DNA of 64,000 bases from an uncultured bacterium (GTDB lineage: Bacteria > Patescibacteriota > Minisyncoccia > Phycocordibacterales > PALSA-1337). The translations under genes and the position numbers were made by a program. Below the pieces are notes generated by a model. The model was given only the letters and a program-made list of their open reading frames with translations. It was not told the DNA's origin and ran no database searches. Shown here piece by piece: positions 1 through 7,451 of the stretch. Numbering within the stretch: the first letter of the stretch is position 1; each line of letters opens with the position of its first letter. Location: positions 506,042 through 570,041 of the forward strand of contig OY969557.1 of assembly GCA_963701025.1 (NCBI GenBank). Direction: 5' to 3'.

Positions 1-5
1 ACGCC

Positions 6-401
6 TTGCCGGCTGTCGGCCGGGTCGGACCGCTCACTCTGGCGGCCTTGAACGGGCTCATCGCGTCCGGACAGCAGATCGACGTGTCCTCTCCGGTCAT
101 CTCGAATGTATCCGTAAACGCGGCCCAGACGTCGGCCACATTCACCTGGACGACCGATGAGATGGCGCGAGGCAAGGTCTATTATGATCGGGCGCCTATA
201 ACTGGATCAGACGCGACACAGTCGAAAATGGAACCTACTTTGGGAGCGCTATCTGTGGCTGACCAATCATTCGGAACGGCAAAATCAATCCTGGTGACCG
301 GTCTATCGGCCAATACCACTTACTACTACATAGTGGAGTCGACTGACCAGAGCGGAAACGTGTCGGTATCGACGCAAGGAAGCTTTAGGACCGCGATCTA
401 A
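6..401 (+). CDS. C-terminal fragment of a secreted Fn3-like repeat protein (5' end lies outside the window)
   Basis: The ORF is open to the left edge. An Fn3-like segment (TFTWTTDEMARGKVYYD...TTYYYIVESTDQSGNVS) resembles the repeats of the neighbouring NHL protein. Confidence 0.5.
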   Translation: MPAVGRVGPLTLAALNGLIASGQQIDVSSPVISNVSVNAAQTSATFTWTTDEMARGKVYYDRAPITGSDATQSKMEPTLGALSVADQSFGTAKSILVTGLSANTTYYYIVESTDQSGNVSVSTQGSFRTAI

Positions 402-430
402 TGCTGATGCGATGCCGCAAGAAAAGGTGC

Positions 431-466
431 GAGACCGCCTCATTCCTGGGCGGTCTTCGTTGTATA
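431..466. terminator. Bidirectional rho-independent terminator hairpin
   Basis: The sequence GAGACCGCC-tcattcctg-GGCGGTCTT has an 8-9 bp stem. It is flanked by an A-run upstream and a T-rich tract downstream, between convergent genes. Confidence 0.4.
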
Positions 467-484
467 ATTCCTTAACAATTCACT

Positions 485-2725
485 TCACTTGGGATTGATA
501 TACCTTCTTGTAATAGGCCCGAAATATCCGGTAGCGGGAATACTATGTTCTCTCTGAAATCTCACGAGGGTTTTCTTGGTCAAAGAGCCGAAAAAAGCGG
601 TTTCTTTGCCCGGGGAGCCGGAACCTGCGGCAGACAGGACATACCCGTGGCTATTGAGGTATTGTTGCAGGCTTTTAACGTCATCTCCGATATCCCCTAT
701 TGAAAGGTTCCGAGAGAAGATAGCTGGAGTGCAAGAGAAGCCCGAAGGACAACTAAGCACTGGTTGCAGGGCGAGACCGAGAGATACCAATGTTGAGAGA
801 TTGACATGACCACCACTCGAACCAGAATATACTGCTGTTGGAGCAGGATTGGCCGTATTGGTAGAACAGGTGGAGGTATTGAATGTAAGACCCGTGCTTG
901 AAGCTGCGCCTGTGGAATTAACAGCAAATGCTCTGAAGTAATAGCTGGTGCCGCAGGTGAGACTATTTACGCCTATCGAGAACAAGCCTGTGGGATAGTT
1001 GCCGGTCGTCGAGGCAATAGTTCCATATGAACCTGTATTTCCATATTCAAAGCCCCTTATTGTGGGGTTGACACCTCCTGTGTTTTCAATGGATCCATTG
1101 AGAGTTGCGGATGTTTGAGTCGCAGAAGATACGGGAAAAGCAATGATCGTCGGCACCGTGGTACTTGAGATAAATGTTCCCTCTCCGCTATAGGCTATGC
1201 CTTCAGGGTTAATCGCATAAGCCCTAAAATAATAGGTAGTATCTGGAGTGAGGCCAGTAAGGCTGACTGTGAATGATGTACCTGAGCCAAAGTCTCCCGT
1301 CTCAGGCGTGGTGGTGGCCCCGTAGCTTGAATCGGTACCATAGACGAAGCCATGTTCCGTGCTGTCAGCGGCACCAGTATTGTCGATGGAGCCGTCAATG
1401 GTAGCGGAGGTTTGGGTTATCGAATACGCCGAAGATGCACTTAAGGTAGGAATAAGGGAAGTAAAAAAAGTCTCCTCTGGACTATAGGCTAGACCTTCCG
1501 GACCTATGGCATAAGCTCTAAAGTGATAAGTGGTATTCGCGAGGAGGCCGCTAATATCGGCGGTAAATCCACCCACACCGAATTCTCCCGTTTCCGGCGT
1601 GGTGGTGGCCCCGTAGCTTGAATCGGTACCATAGACGAAGCCACGTTCTGTGGCATTTGCCCCTCCTATGTCATCGATGGAACCATTGAGGGTGAATGTA
1701 GAATAAACATCCTGAGCGCCATCGTTTGAGACGGCGACGGGAGTTTTAGTGAACTTTATAACGACATCCGAGAATGGGTCAGTTACATACAGATTATCGT
1801 CTGAATCTCGTGCCATTGCGCCATATGCATATATGTTTGGTCCAAAATTCCGCACAAAATTCTCGCTTAGATTAAACTCGACGATCCTATTATTAACGAT
1901 ATCCGCAATGTAGATATTGTTACTGCTATCAGTCGTAATACCGAATGGCGCAGAATATAATCCGATAAATTGGCCACCACCTGTTCCATACGAACCAAAC
2001 GCGGATAAGTAGTTGCCATTTGAGTCGAATTTCAGCACTCTTGATTTCAAAGAGCCATTATATCCGTCCGTAACATAGATGTTACCGAGTGAATCGGAAA
2101 CGATGCCGTATGGATTGAGAAACTCGTCATCTCCTGTCCCATAATGTCCCCATGACAGCAAGATATTCCCATTTGAATCGTATTTTTGTATCCGATCATC
2201 AACATAATTCGCGATATATACGTTATCTGAAGGATCAATTGCGATGCCATACGGCGGAGAGAAGTGGGTATTTGATTGCGAGCTAAGATCTCCCCATGAT
2301 AAGACGAAATTTCCGGAATCATCGAATTTCTTGACTGAACGATGAGCCGTATCGATCACATATATATGATCAGTTGAATCGATGGCTATACCGTAAGGAT
2401 TACCTATGCTGGTGGGGAAATATTCGGAATCCGCGCTATTGCTTCCAAATTGAGAGTCCCCGTCGCCATATGATCCCCATTCAAGCAGAAAATTACCGTT
2501 TGAATCGAACTTTTGTATACGGCCATTCATCGAATCCGCTACAAAGATATTTTTGGAAGAATCAACAGCTATCGCTATTGGTCGATCAAATTGACCCGGA
2601 TCTGTTCCGGGTGATCCAAAGGTGCTTATAGAATATGATGCTTGGGCTCTATCGGCTAAACAAAAAGTCCCTATAAAAAATACGGCGAACAAGATGCGTG
2701 AAATCGTACAATTATTTTTGATCAT
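485..2725 (-). CDS. Secreted NHL-repeat protein with three Fn3-like repeats and a C-terminal PG_binding_1-like peptidoglycan-binding domain
   Basis: There is an N-terminal signal peptide (MIKNNCTISRILFAVFFIGTFCLA) and multiple NHL-type repeats (YGIAIDSS.NIFVAD..N.RIQKFDSNGNF). Three roughly 90-aa Fn3-like repeats follow. The C-terminus (VKSLQQYLNSHGY...TGYFGPITRRYIN) matches the PG_binding_1 pattern. The likely start is the Met at 2725; the ORF runs to 2752. Confidence 0.7.
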   Translation of the reverse strand: MIKNNCTISRILFAVFFIGTFCLADRAQASYSISTFGSPGTDPGQFDRPIAIAVDSSKNIFVADSMNGRIQKFDSNGNFLLEWGSYGDGDSQFGSNSADSEYFPTSIGNPYGIAIDSTDHIYVIDTAHRSVKKFDDSGNFVLSWGDLSSQSNTHFSPPYGIAIDPSDNVYIANYVDDRIQKYDSNGNILLSWGHYGTGDDEFLNPYGIVSDSLGNIYVTDGYNGSLKSRVLKFDSNGNYLSAFGSYGTGGGQFIGLYSAPFGITTDSSNNIYIADIVNNRIVEFNLSENFVRNFGPNIYAYGAMARDSDDNLYVTDPFSDVVIKFTKTPVAVSNDGAQDVYSTFTLNGSIDDIGGANATERGFVYGTDSSYGATTTPETGEFGVGGFTADISGLLANTTYHFRAYAIGPEGLAYSPEETFFTSLIPTLSASSAYSITQTSATIDGSIDNTGAADSTEHGFVYGTDSSYGATTTPETGDFGSGTSFTVSLTGLTPDTTYYFRAYAINPEGIAYSGEGTFISSTTVPTIIAFPVSSATQTSATLNGSIENTGGVNPTIRGFEYGNTGSYGTIASTTGNYPTGLFSIGVNSLTCGTSYYFRAFAVNSTGAASSTGLTFNTSTCSTNTANPAPTAVYSGSSGGHVNLSTLVSLGLALQPVLSCPSGFSCTPAIFSRNLSIGDIGDDVKSLQQYLNSHGYVLSAAGSGSPGKETAFFGSLTKKTLVRFQREHSIPATGYFGPITRRYINPK

Positions 2726-2772
2726 GAAGACCGCCTGACTCATTACCGGCATCTAGATTGTAACATATGCCT

Positions 2773-3177
2773 TTATTCCGGTTTTCTTTCCCTCTCTCTT
2801 CTTTCTACTTCGTCTTCATCAAGGCCGAAATGATGAGCTACCTCATGCCAGACGGTCTCCTCTATGACTTGACGCACGGAAAGGCCGTCTTCTCGGGCGG
2901 CGCGGATGATGGGCAGACGATATAAGGTTATCTTGTCGGGCAGGTTGCCGTAACCATAGCCTTCGCCGCGAGCAGAAAGCGGCAGGCCGTGATACAGACC
3001 GAGAAGAGTCTCATTGTCCGGTAATTTCATATTCTTCCGGGTCGGCTCGTCAGGCTCTTCCTCAATAGTGATAGCCACATTGGCGATCATGGATCGGAAC
3101 TTGTCAGGCACGGGCGAGAAGCCGACGGAGGAGACGAGTTCTTCAAATTCGCCGTAGGACATAGATTCGGAGACCAT
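2773..3177 (-). CDS. Zincin-like metallopeptidase family protein (DUF1025/Zincin_1-like)
   Basis: An HExxH motif (WHEVAHHFG) sits in a roughly 130-aa acidic protein. The gene is co-oriented 20 nt upstream of the NHL protein gene. Confidence 0.5.
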   Translation of the reverse strand: MVSESMSYGEFEELVSSVGFSPVPDKFRSMIANVAITIEEEPDEPTRKNMKLPDNETLLGLYHGLPLSARGEGYGYGNLPDKITLYRLPIIRAAREDGLSVRQVIEETVWHEVAHHFGLDEDEVERRERERKPE

Positions 3178-3258
3178 GCGGAAAGTATATCAGTTTGACA
3201 AAATCTTTATACGCGCTAGCTTGTAGGCAAACAACGAACCATTGACAAAGGGGTTACC

Positions 3259-3705
3259 ATGAACGGAACATATGTGACTTTCGGGGAGATGCGCGCGCGG
3301 TTGGAGATCGACCTTATCGGCGGTTGCGTCGAAGTCCCGATGGCCGGCAAAATACATCGTGGCAGGCTCGATGACATCGATTGGTGGGAGATCGGGCACC
3401 CGCGTCGGATAGAATGGACGGAGGCCTTGATCTGGAACGACAAGTGGGCGTATTGGGAAGGAGCTACCGAAGGCTACCTCGATTTTCCCAAATCCAGCTA
3501 CGACTTCTTTGACGGTCCGTATCAAGCCGACAGCGGGGAATTCTTCTTTCTTTGTTACGGATGCAAGAGGACGCCCTATGTCACCGTCTTTCCGCGCGGA
3601 CTGGAGGCACCTGAATTTCCGGCCGACATGACGGCTTACTTCAAGCTTCATCAAAAAATAATGGGTCTTGACGATGAAAGGCTCAAAGCCGTGTTACGAA
3701 GATAA
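3259..3705 (+). CDS. Hypothetical Trp-rich protein
   Basis: An SD-like AAAGGGG lies 7 nt upstream of the ATG. A strong rho-independent terminator sits immediately downstream. It is preferred over the overlapping minus-strand ORF 3190..3654. Confidence 0.45.
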   Translation: MNGTYVTFGEMRARLEIDLIGGCVEVPMAGKIHRGRLDDIDWWEIGHPRRIEWTEALIWNDKWAYWEGATEGYLDFPKSSYDFFDGPYQADSGEFFFLCYGCKRTPYVTVFPRGLEAPEFPADMTAYFKLHQKIMGLDDERLKAVLRR

Positions 3706-3707
3706 GG

Positions 3708-3741
3708 CCGCTTCAAAAGCATGAAGCGGTCTTTTTTATTT
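3708..3741 (+). terminator. Rho-independent terminator
   Basis: Hairpin CCGCTTCA-aaagca-TGAAGCGG followed by TCTTTTTTATTTT. Confidence 0.6.
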
Positions 3742-4881
3742 TCCTTGCCGGCTTCGCGCGTCATTATGGCCCGTATCGTTTGTATTGCCGTCGTTGCGTC
3801 CGTGGTCGTTGCGCGCCGAAACGTCTTCGCCGCTTGCCCGGGCGGATGCCGCCAAATTGAGGATCGGGGCCGCTTCCTGGTCGAATAATCCGCTATCATG
3901 GGAATGCGTGCTTCTATCCGTTTCGCCGGACGTGCTGGAAGCAACCGTCGTATGAGCCTCGACTATCGTATTTTCAGTGCTCGTTGAGATTGTCTCATCG
4001 GCGCTTGTCGTGCCGGCGAATAACGCCGGATGAGCGATGGTGGTAGTGGAAGCATATCTCCCTAGAGACACAGATAATGTCGTACTTCCCTCCATGGTAT
4101 CTTTTCTCCGGTTATTATTCGAAGCCATTTCAGGCCTTCTATTAGATCTATCGCCGTATGAATGCGTAGCGACAGTAGCCGTCGAGCTCGCATGCGCCAC
4201 AGTCGTGGAGGATAATTCAGCGAGAGCCTCTTCAGTCGTCGTCCCGATGAGTGCGTCCAAATGCCGCGCGCGCTCGTTCATCCGTGCTTGGAAATCGATA
4301 CTGATCTTTTGGGCTGTCTGCGGATCAGACGACGCCACGGCGGCAAGAGCGATATTCAGTACCTGCGTATGAGCTACTATCAGATCCGAGAGTTCGGTCT
4401 GTTTCGCATGGTCGAGCTTGTTTTCCGCGGCAAGCGTCTCGCCCTCCTGCACGCGTCTATCGGTGAAATCAGCGGCAAGTTGCGCCTTGGACTCGGCTGA
4501 CGGTGCAATGGCGATGCGCAACGGCTCCGTCACGTCGACTTTAACAGGGTACAGAAGGTCACCCGGCAAGCTACTCTCCGCGGCGAGGGCGACGCCGCTT
4601 CCCGCGAGACTCATGATGAGAACTGCTATGACGGCATATGACCAGCGGTTGCGATCGATCCACGCGCTGAAAGAATACATAGTCCACGGGCTTTTGACTG
4701 GGGCCGCGGGCAATGGCCTGCGAGGCGCCGATGCGGGAGAATCGGACATGATCCTCGATAGCATGGCTTTCTTTTCTTCAGCAGTCATACTAACGCTCCT
4801 GATGATCCCCAGGGCTTTATCGAAATATGTATTGAAATCTCTGTCGGATTGTGGGTGGTTGTTATTCATGGCGGTTTTCAT
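3736..4881 (-). CDS. Membrane-anchored anti-sigma factor (DUF5667-like, PGDLLYPVK motif), Ser/Thr-rich C-terminal region
   Basis: The start overlaps the sigma factor stop (ATGA). There is one TM helix (AVIAVLIMSLAGSGVALAA) followed by a PGDLLYPVKV DUF5667-type motif. Confidence 0.55.
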   Translation of the reverse strand: MKTAMNNNHPQSDRDFNTYFDKALGIIRSVSMTAEEKKAMLSRIMSDSPASAPRRPLPAAPVKSPWTMYSFSAWIDRNRWSYAVIAVLIMSLAGSGVALAAESSLPGDLLYPVKVDVTEPLRIAIAPSAESKAQLAADFTDRRVQEGETLAAENKLDHAKQTELSDLIVAHTQVLNIALAAVASSDPQTAQKISIDFQARMNERARHLDALIGTTTEEALAELSSTTVAHASSTATVATHSYGDRSNRRPEMASNNNRRKDTMEGSTTLSVSLGRYASTTTIAHPALFAGTTSADETISTSTENTIVEAHTTVASSTSGETDRSTHSHDSGLFDQEAAPILNLAASARASGEDVSARNDHGRNDGNTNDTGHNDARSRQGK

Positions 4882-5450
4882 TCGTGTCTCTCGCGTTTGT
4901 CTCTCTGATCTTTTCCGGAAGGACTGTCATACCCGGCAAGACGCCGAAGTTCCTGTAATCCCCTGTTGATTCGAACTGACGCCGCGTTGGCCGTTATCCC
5001 GAGGATCTCGCCGATATCCGGCGGTGCGAGCCCTTCGACGAAACGCAAGTAAACGGCTTGCCTGTTCCCCGGACTCATTTCCCTTAGCTTTACCAGGAGG
5101 TATCGTCCTTCGGCGTCCATTTCCAAGTCGGCATAGTCTTTGCCGTCAGCCGGCTCGAAGTTTCCGTCGTTGTCAGGATTGAGCGCGTCTTCGACGGAGC
5201 TGAACGAGACGGCTTTTTTCTTACGATACCAGTCGATGATAAGACGGTGAGCGACCGTGAAGAGAAAAGCCTTCTCATTGTCTATACGCGTGCCGCGTGA
5301 CACGGTCTGCCACATGCGGCTGAAGGTCTCTTGGACGATGTCCAATGCCTGCTCACGGTCGGAGACTCGTACCAGGCAGAATCGGAATATGGAGTCGGCT
5401 TCAGCCTCATAGCAAGCGGTGAAGCGGCGTTGTAAGGATTCTTGATTCAT
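4878..5450 (-). CDS. ECF-family RNA polymerase sigma-70 factor
   Basis: Region 2 (DIVQETFSRMWQ) and region 4 (PGNRQAVYLRFVEGLAPPDIGEILGITANAASVRINRGLQELRR) are recognisable. The probable start is the Met at 5450; the ORF extends to 5504. Confidence 0.8.
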   Translation of the reverse strand: MNQESLQRRFTACYEAEADSIFRFCLVRVSDREQALDIVQETFSRMWQTVSRGTRIDNEKAFLFTVAHRLIIDWYRKKKAVSFSSVEDALNPDNDGNFEPADGKDYADLEMDAEGRYLLVKLREMSPGNRQAVYLRFVEGLAPPDIGEILGITANAASVRINRGLQELRRLAGYDSPSGKDQRDKRERHE

Positions 5451-5502
5451 GCGTAAAGACGGACAACGAGCCTGATTCTTACGAAAAAATACGGCTCTCA
5501 CC

Positions 5503-5548
5503 ATAAAAATACAACAGATGGAACGCGCCGTCCATAGCGGTTTTTATT
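5503..5548. terminator. Terminator hairpin after rplE (end of the truncated spc operon)
   Basis: ATGGAACGCGCCGTCCAT hairpin with T-rich flanks on both strands, immediately downstream of the rplE stop. Confidence 0.4.
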
Positions 5549-5566
5549 CTCCAAATATGTCAAAAA

Positions 5567-6127
5567 TCATTTCTTCGCCTTCTCCTCTTCCCTCTTCAGC
5601 GGCAATCCCAGATATTCCAAAAACGCTAAGGTGGTCTTCTTATCATGAGAAGTAGTGACGAGGGTGATACCCATACCGAAGACATCTTTCAAGTCCTCGT
5701 CCGATGTCTCGGCGAATATGGTGTGCTCCTTGACTCCGATAGTGTAATTGCCCATGGCGTCGACGGCAGTGCGGGGCAGACCGCGGAAGTCCTTGGTGCG
5801 GGGCAGAGCGATATTGATCAGGCGATCCATGAACTCGTCCATGCGCCTGCCACGGAGCGTGACCTGATAGGCGAGCGGGTCGCCGAGTCGCGTCTTGAAA
5901 GTAGCGATGGCTTTCTTGGCCACGCGTAGGGCCGGCTTTTGGCCGGTGATGCGGGACATGCGGTCGGCGATGAGATCGATCTTCTTCTTGTCCTTGACCG
6001 AGCCGAAGCCGGTGCCGACGACGACTTTGGAGAGGCGCGGGGCCTGCATCGGATTCTCGAGATGCAACTTGTCCTTCAGGGCTTTGAAGGATTCTTTATT
6101 GAGTTCTTGGACGGTTTTATGTGCCAT
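5567..6127 (-). CDS. rplE: 50S ribosomal protein L5
   Basis: Full-length uL5 sequence at the conserved position after rplX. Confidence 0.95.
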   Translation of the reverse strand: MAHKTVQELNKESFKALKDKLHLENPMQAPRLSKVVVGTGFGSVKDKKKIDLIADRMSRITGQKPALRVAKKAIATFKTRLGDPLAYQVTLRGRRMDEFMDRLINIALPRTKDFRGLPRTAVDAMGNYTIGVKEHTIFAETSDEDLKDVFGMGITLVTTSHDKKTTLAFLEYLGLPLKREEEKAKK

Positions 6128-6169
6128 GTTTTTTCTTAAATCGTAAATCTCATTTCCTGCATCTTCGGG

Positions 6170-6385
6170 TTAAATCTTTGCGACCTTGGAAGCAAAGATC
6201 GGCATGGCGCGATTGACGATCTGGCCTTTTTGATCCTGCCTCTTCCCTCGCTCGTGGCGTTTTACCATGTTCACCCCCTCGATGAGGATCTTGCCCTCGG
6301 CGGGAAAAGACTGGACAACCTTGCCGGTCTTGCCCTTGTCGTCGCCCGAGAGGATCTTCACCATGTCGCCGGTCTTGATATGCAT
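6170..6385 (-). CDS. rplX: 50S ribosomal protein L24
   Basis: KOW-domain uL24 (GDMVKILSGDDKGKTGKV). Confidence 0.95.
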   Translation of the reverse strand: MHIKTGDMVKILSGDDKGKTGKVVQSFPAEGKILIEGVNMVKRHERGKRQDQKGQIVNRAMPIFASKVAKI

Positions 6386-6430
6386 AGGAGTGAGTATGAA
6401 AGTATAAAGTATGCGGGTATGAGTGTATGG

Positions 6431-6802
6431 CTACACGATCTCTGCGGCGCGGGAAGCGATGGTCTTGAAGCCTGCTTCCGCCACTTCTCTGGGAATAGGC
6501 CCGAATACGCGCCCGGCTATCGGCTCTTTCTTGTCTTTCTCGATGATGACGACCGCGTTCTCGTCGAAACGTATGTATGAGCCGTCCTTCCGGCGGCTGG
6601 CCTTGGTCTGGCGGACGACGACCGCGTGGAGGACGTCTTTCTTCTTGACTGTCTTTCTCGGCTCGGCCTTCTGTACCGATAGGACCACTACTTCGCCTAG
6701 TTCGGCATAGCGCTTCTTGGAAGCGCCGAGCACCTTGAAGATGCGCCCGACCTTGGCACCGGAATTGTCCGCGATCTTGACTATGGAGCGGGGTTGGATC
6801 AT
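6431..6802 (-). CDS. rplN: 50S ribosomal protein L14
   Basis: MIQPRSIVKIADNSGAK... canonical uL14. Confidence 0.95.
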   Translation of the reverse strand: MIQPRSIVKIADNSGAKVGRIFKVLGASKKRYAELGEVVVLSVQKAEPRKTVKKKDVLHAVVVRQTKASRRKDGSYIRFDENAVVIIEKDKKEPIAGRVFGPIPREVAEAGFKTIASRAAEIV

Positions 6803-6832
6803 GGAGGTTAGGGTAGAGGGTGTAGGGTATAG

Positions 6833-7090
6833 TTAGGCAATCACTTTGAAGGCTTTGTTCTTCGACATCGGCCTGCAGGACTCGATAGTCGCCGTGTCAC
6901 CGATCTTCTTGGTATTGCCGGGATCATGCGCCATGAGCTTGGTCCTCTTGGTCTGGAACTTGTGATACTTTGCATGCTTGACGTAGCGCTCGATGACTAC
7001 TACCGTCGTGTCTTTCATTTTGTCCGACGAAACGACGCCGGTGAATGTCTGGCGTATCGTCTTTTGTTCGGCTGTTTTGGCGGTTGGCAT
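6833..7090 (-). CDS. rpsQ: 30S ribosomal protein S17
   Basis: Conserved uS17 sequence and operon position. Confidence 0.95.
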   Translation of the reverse strand: MPTAKTAEQKTIRQTFTGVVSSDKMKDTTVVVIERYVKHAKYHKFQTKRTKLMAHDPGNTKKIGDTATIESCRPMSKNKAFKVIA

Positions 7091-7151
7091 GTGAGCGCTG
7101 ATACTACTTGAAGTTTGTTGAAATGTCTAGCTAAAGGGAAACGGAAAATTT

Positions 7152-7358
7152 TTATTTTTGATTTTCTATCTTTACATTCATCGCCGTCAATATCCTGGCG
7201 ATGTCTTTCCGTATGGCCCTGCCCTCTTTTACATTCTTGGTCTTGGATCCCGTGGCGCCGAAACGGAATATGCGCAAAGACTCGCGCTTGTCGGCCGCGA
7301 GCTTAGCCAGGTCGGCTGGAGTCTTGCTGGTTATGTCCTTCATCTGTATAGCTTTCGT
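7152..7358 (-). CDS. rpmC: 50S ribosomal protein L29
   Basis: uL29-like 68-aa product starting at the internal Met (MTKAIQMKDITSKTPADL...). The ORF is open to 7400. Confidence 0.85.
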   Translation of the reverse strand, partial: TKAIQMKDITSKTPADLAKLAADKRESLRIFRFGATGSKTKNVKEGRAIRKDIARILTAMNVKIENQK

Positions 7359-7451
7359 CATAGAAAAAAGCTCGGTCGAGCTGTCCCGCCATGCTAACAA
7401 AAACGCGCCGGGGAGTCAAGGCGCGCCTGTGTTACGGGATATTATGCTCTT

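Noticed and set aside
3190-3654. 154-aa minus-strand ORF overlapping the 3259-3705 plus-strand ORF
   Set aside because: The plus-strand ORF has an SD-like AAAGGGG and is followed immediately by a strong rho-independent terminator in its orientation. The minus ORF is most likely a high-GC antisense artefact.
4960-4980. tRNA-like GTTCGAATC T-loop motif (minus strand)
   Set aside because: It lies inside the sigma factor coding sequence and lacks flanking acceptor and anticodon stem complementarity. No tRNA was detected in any intergenic gap.
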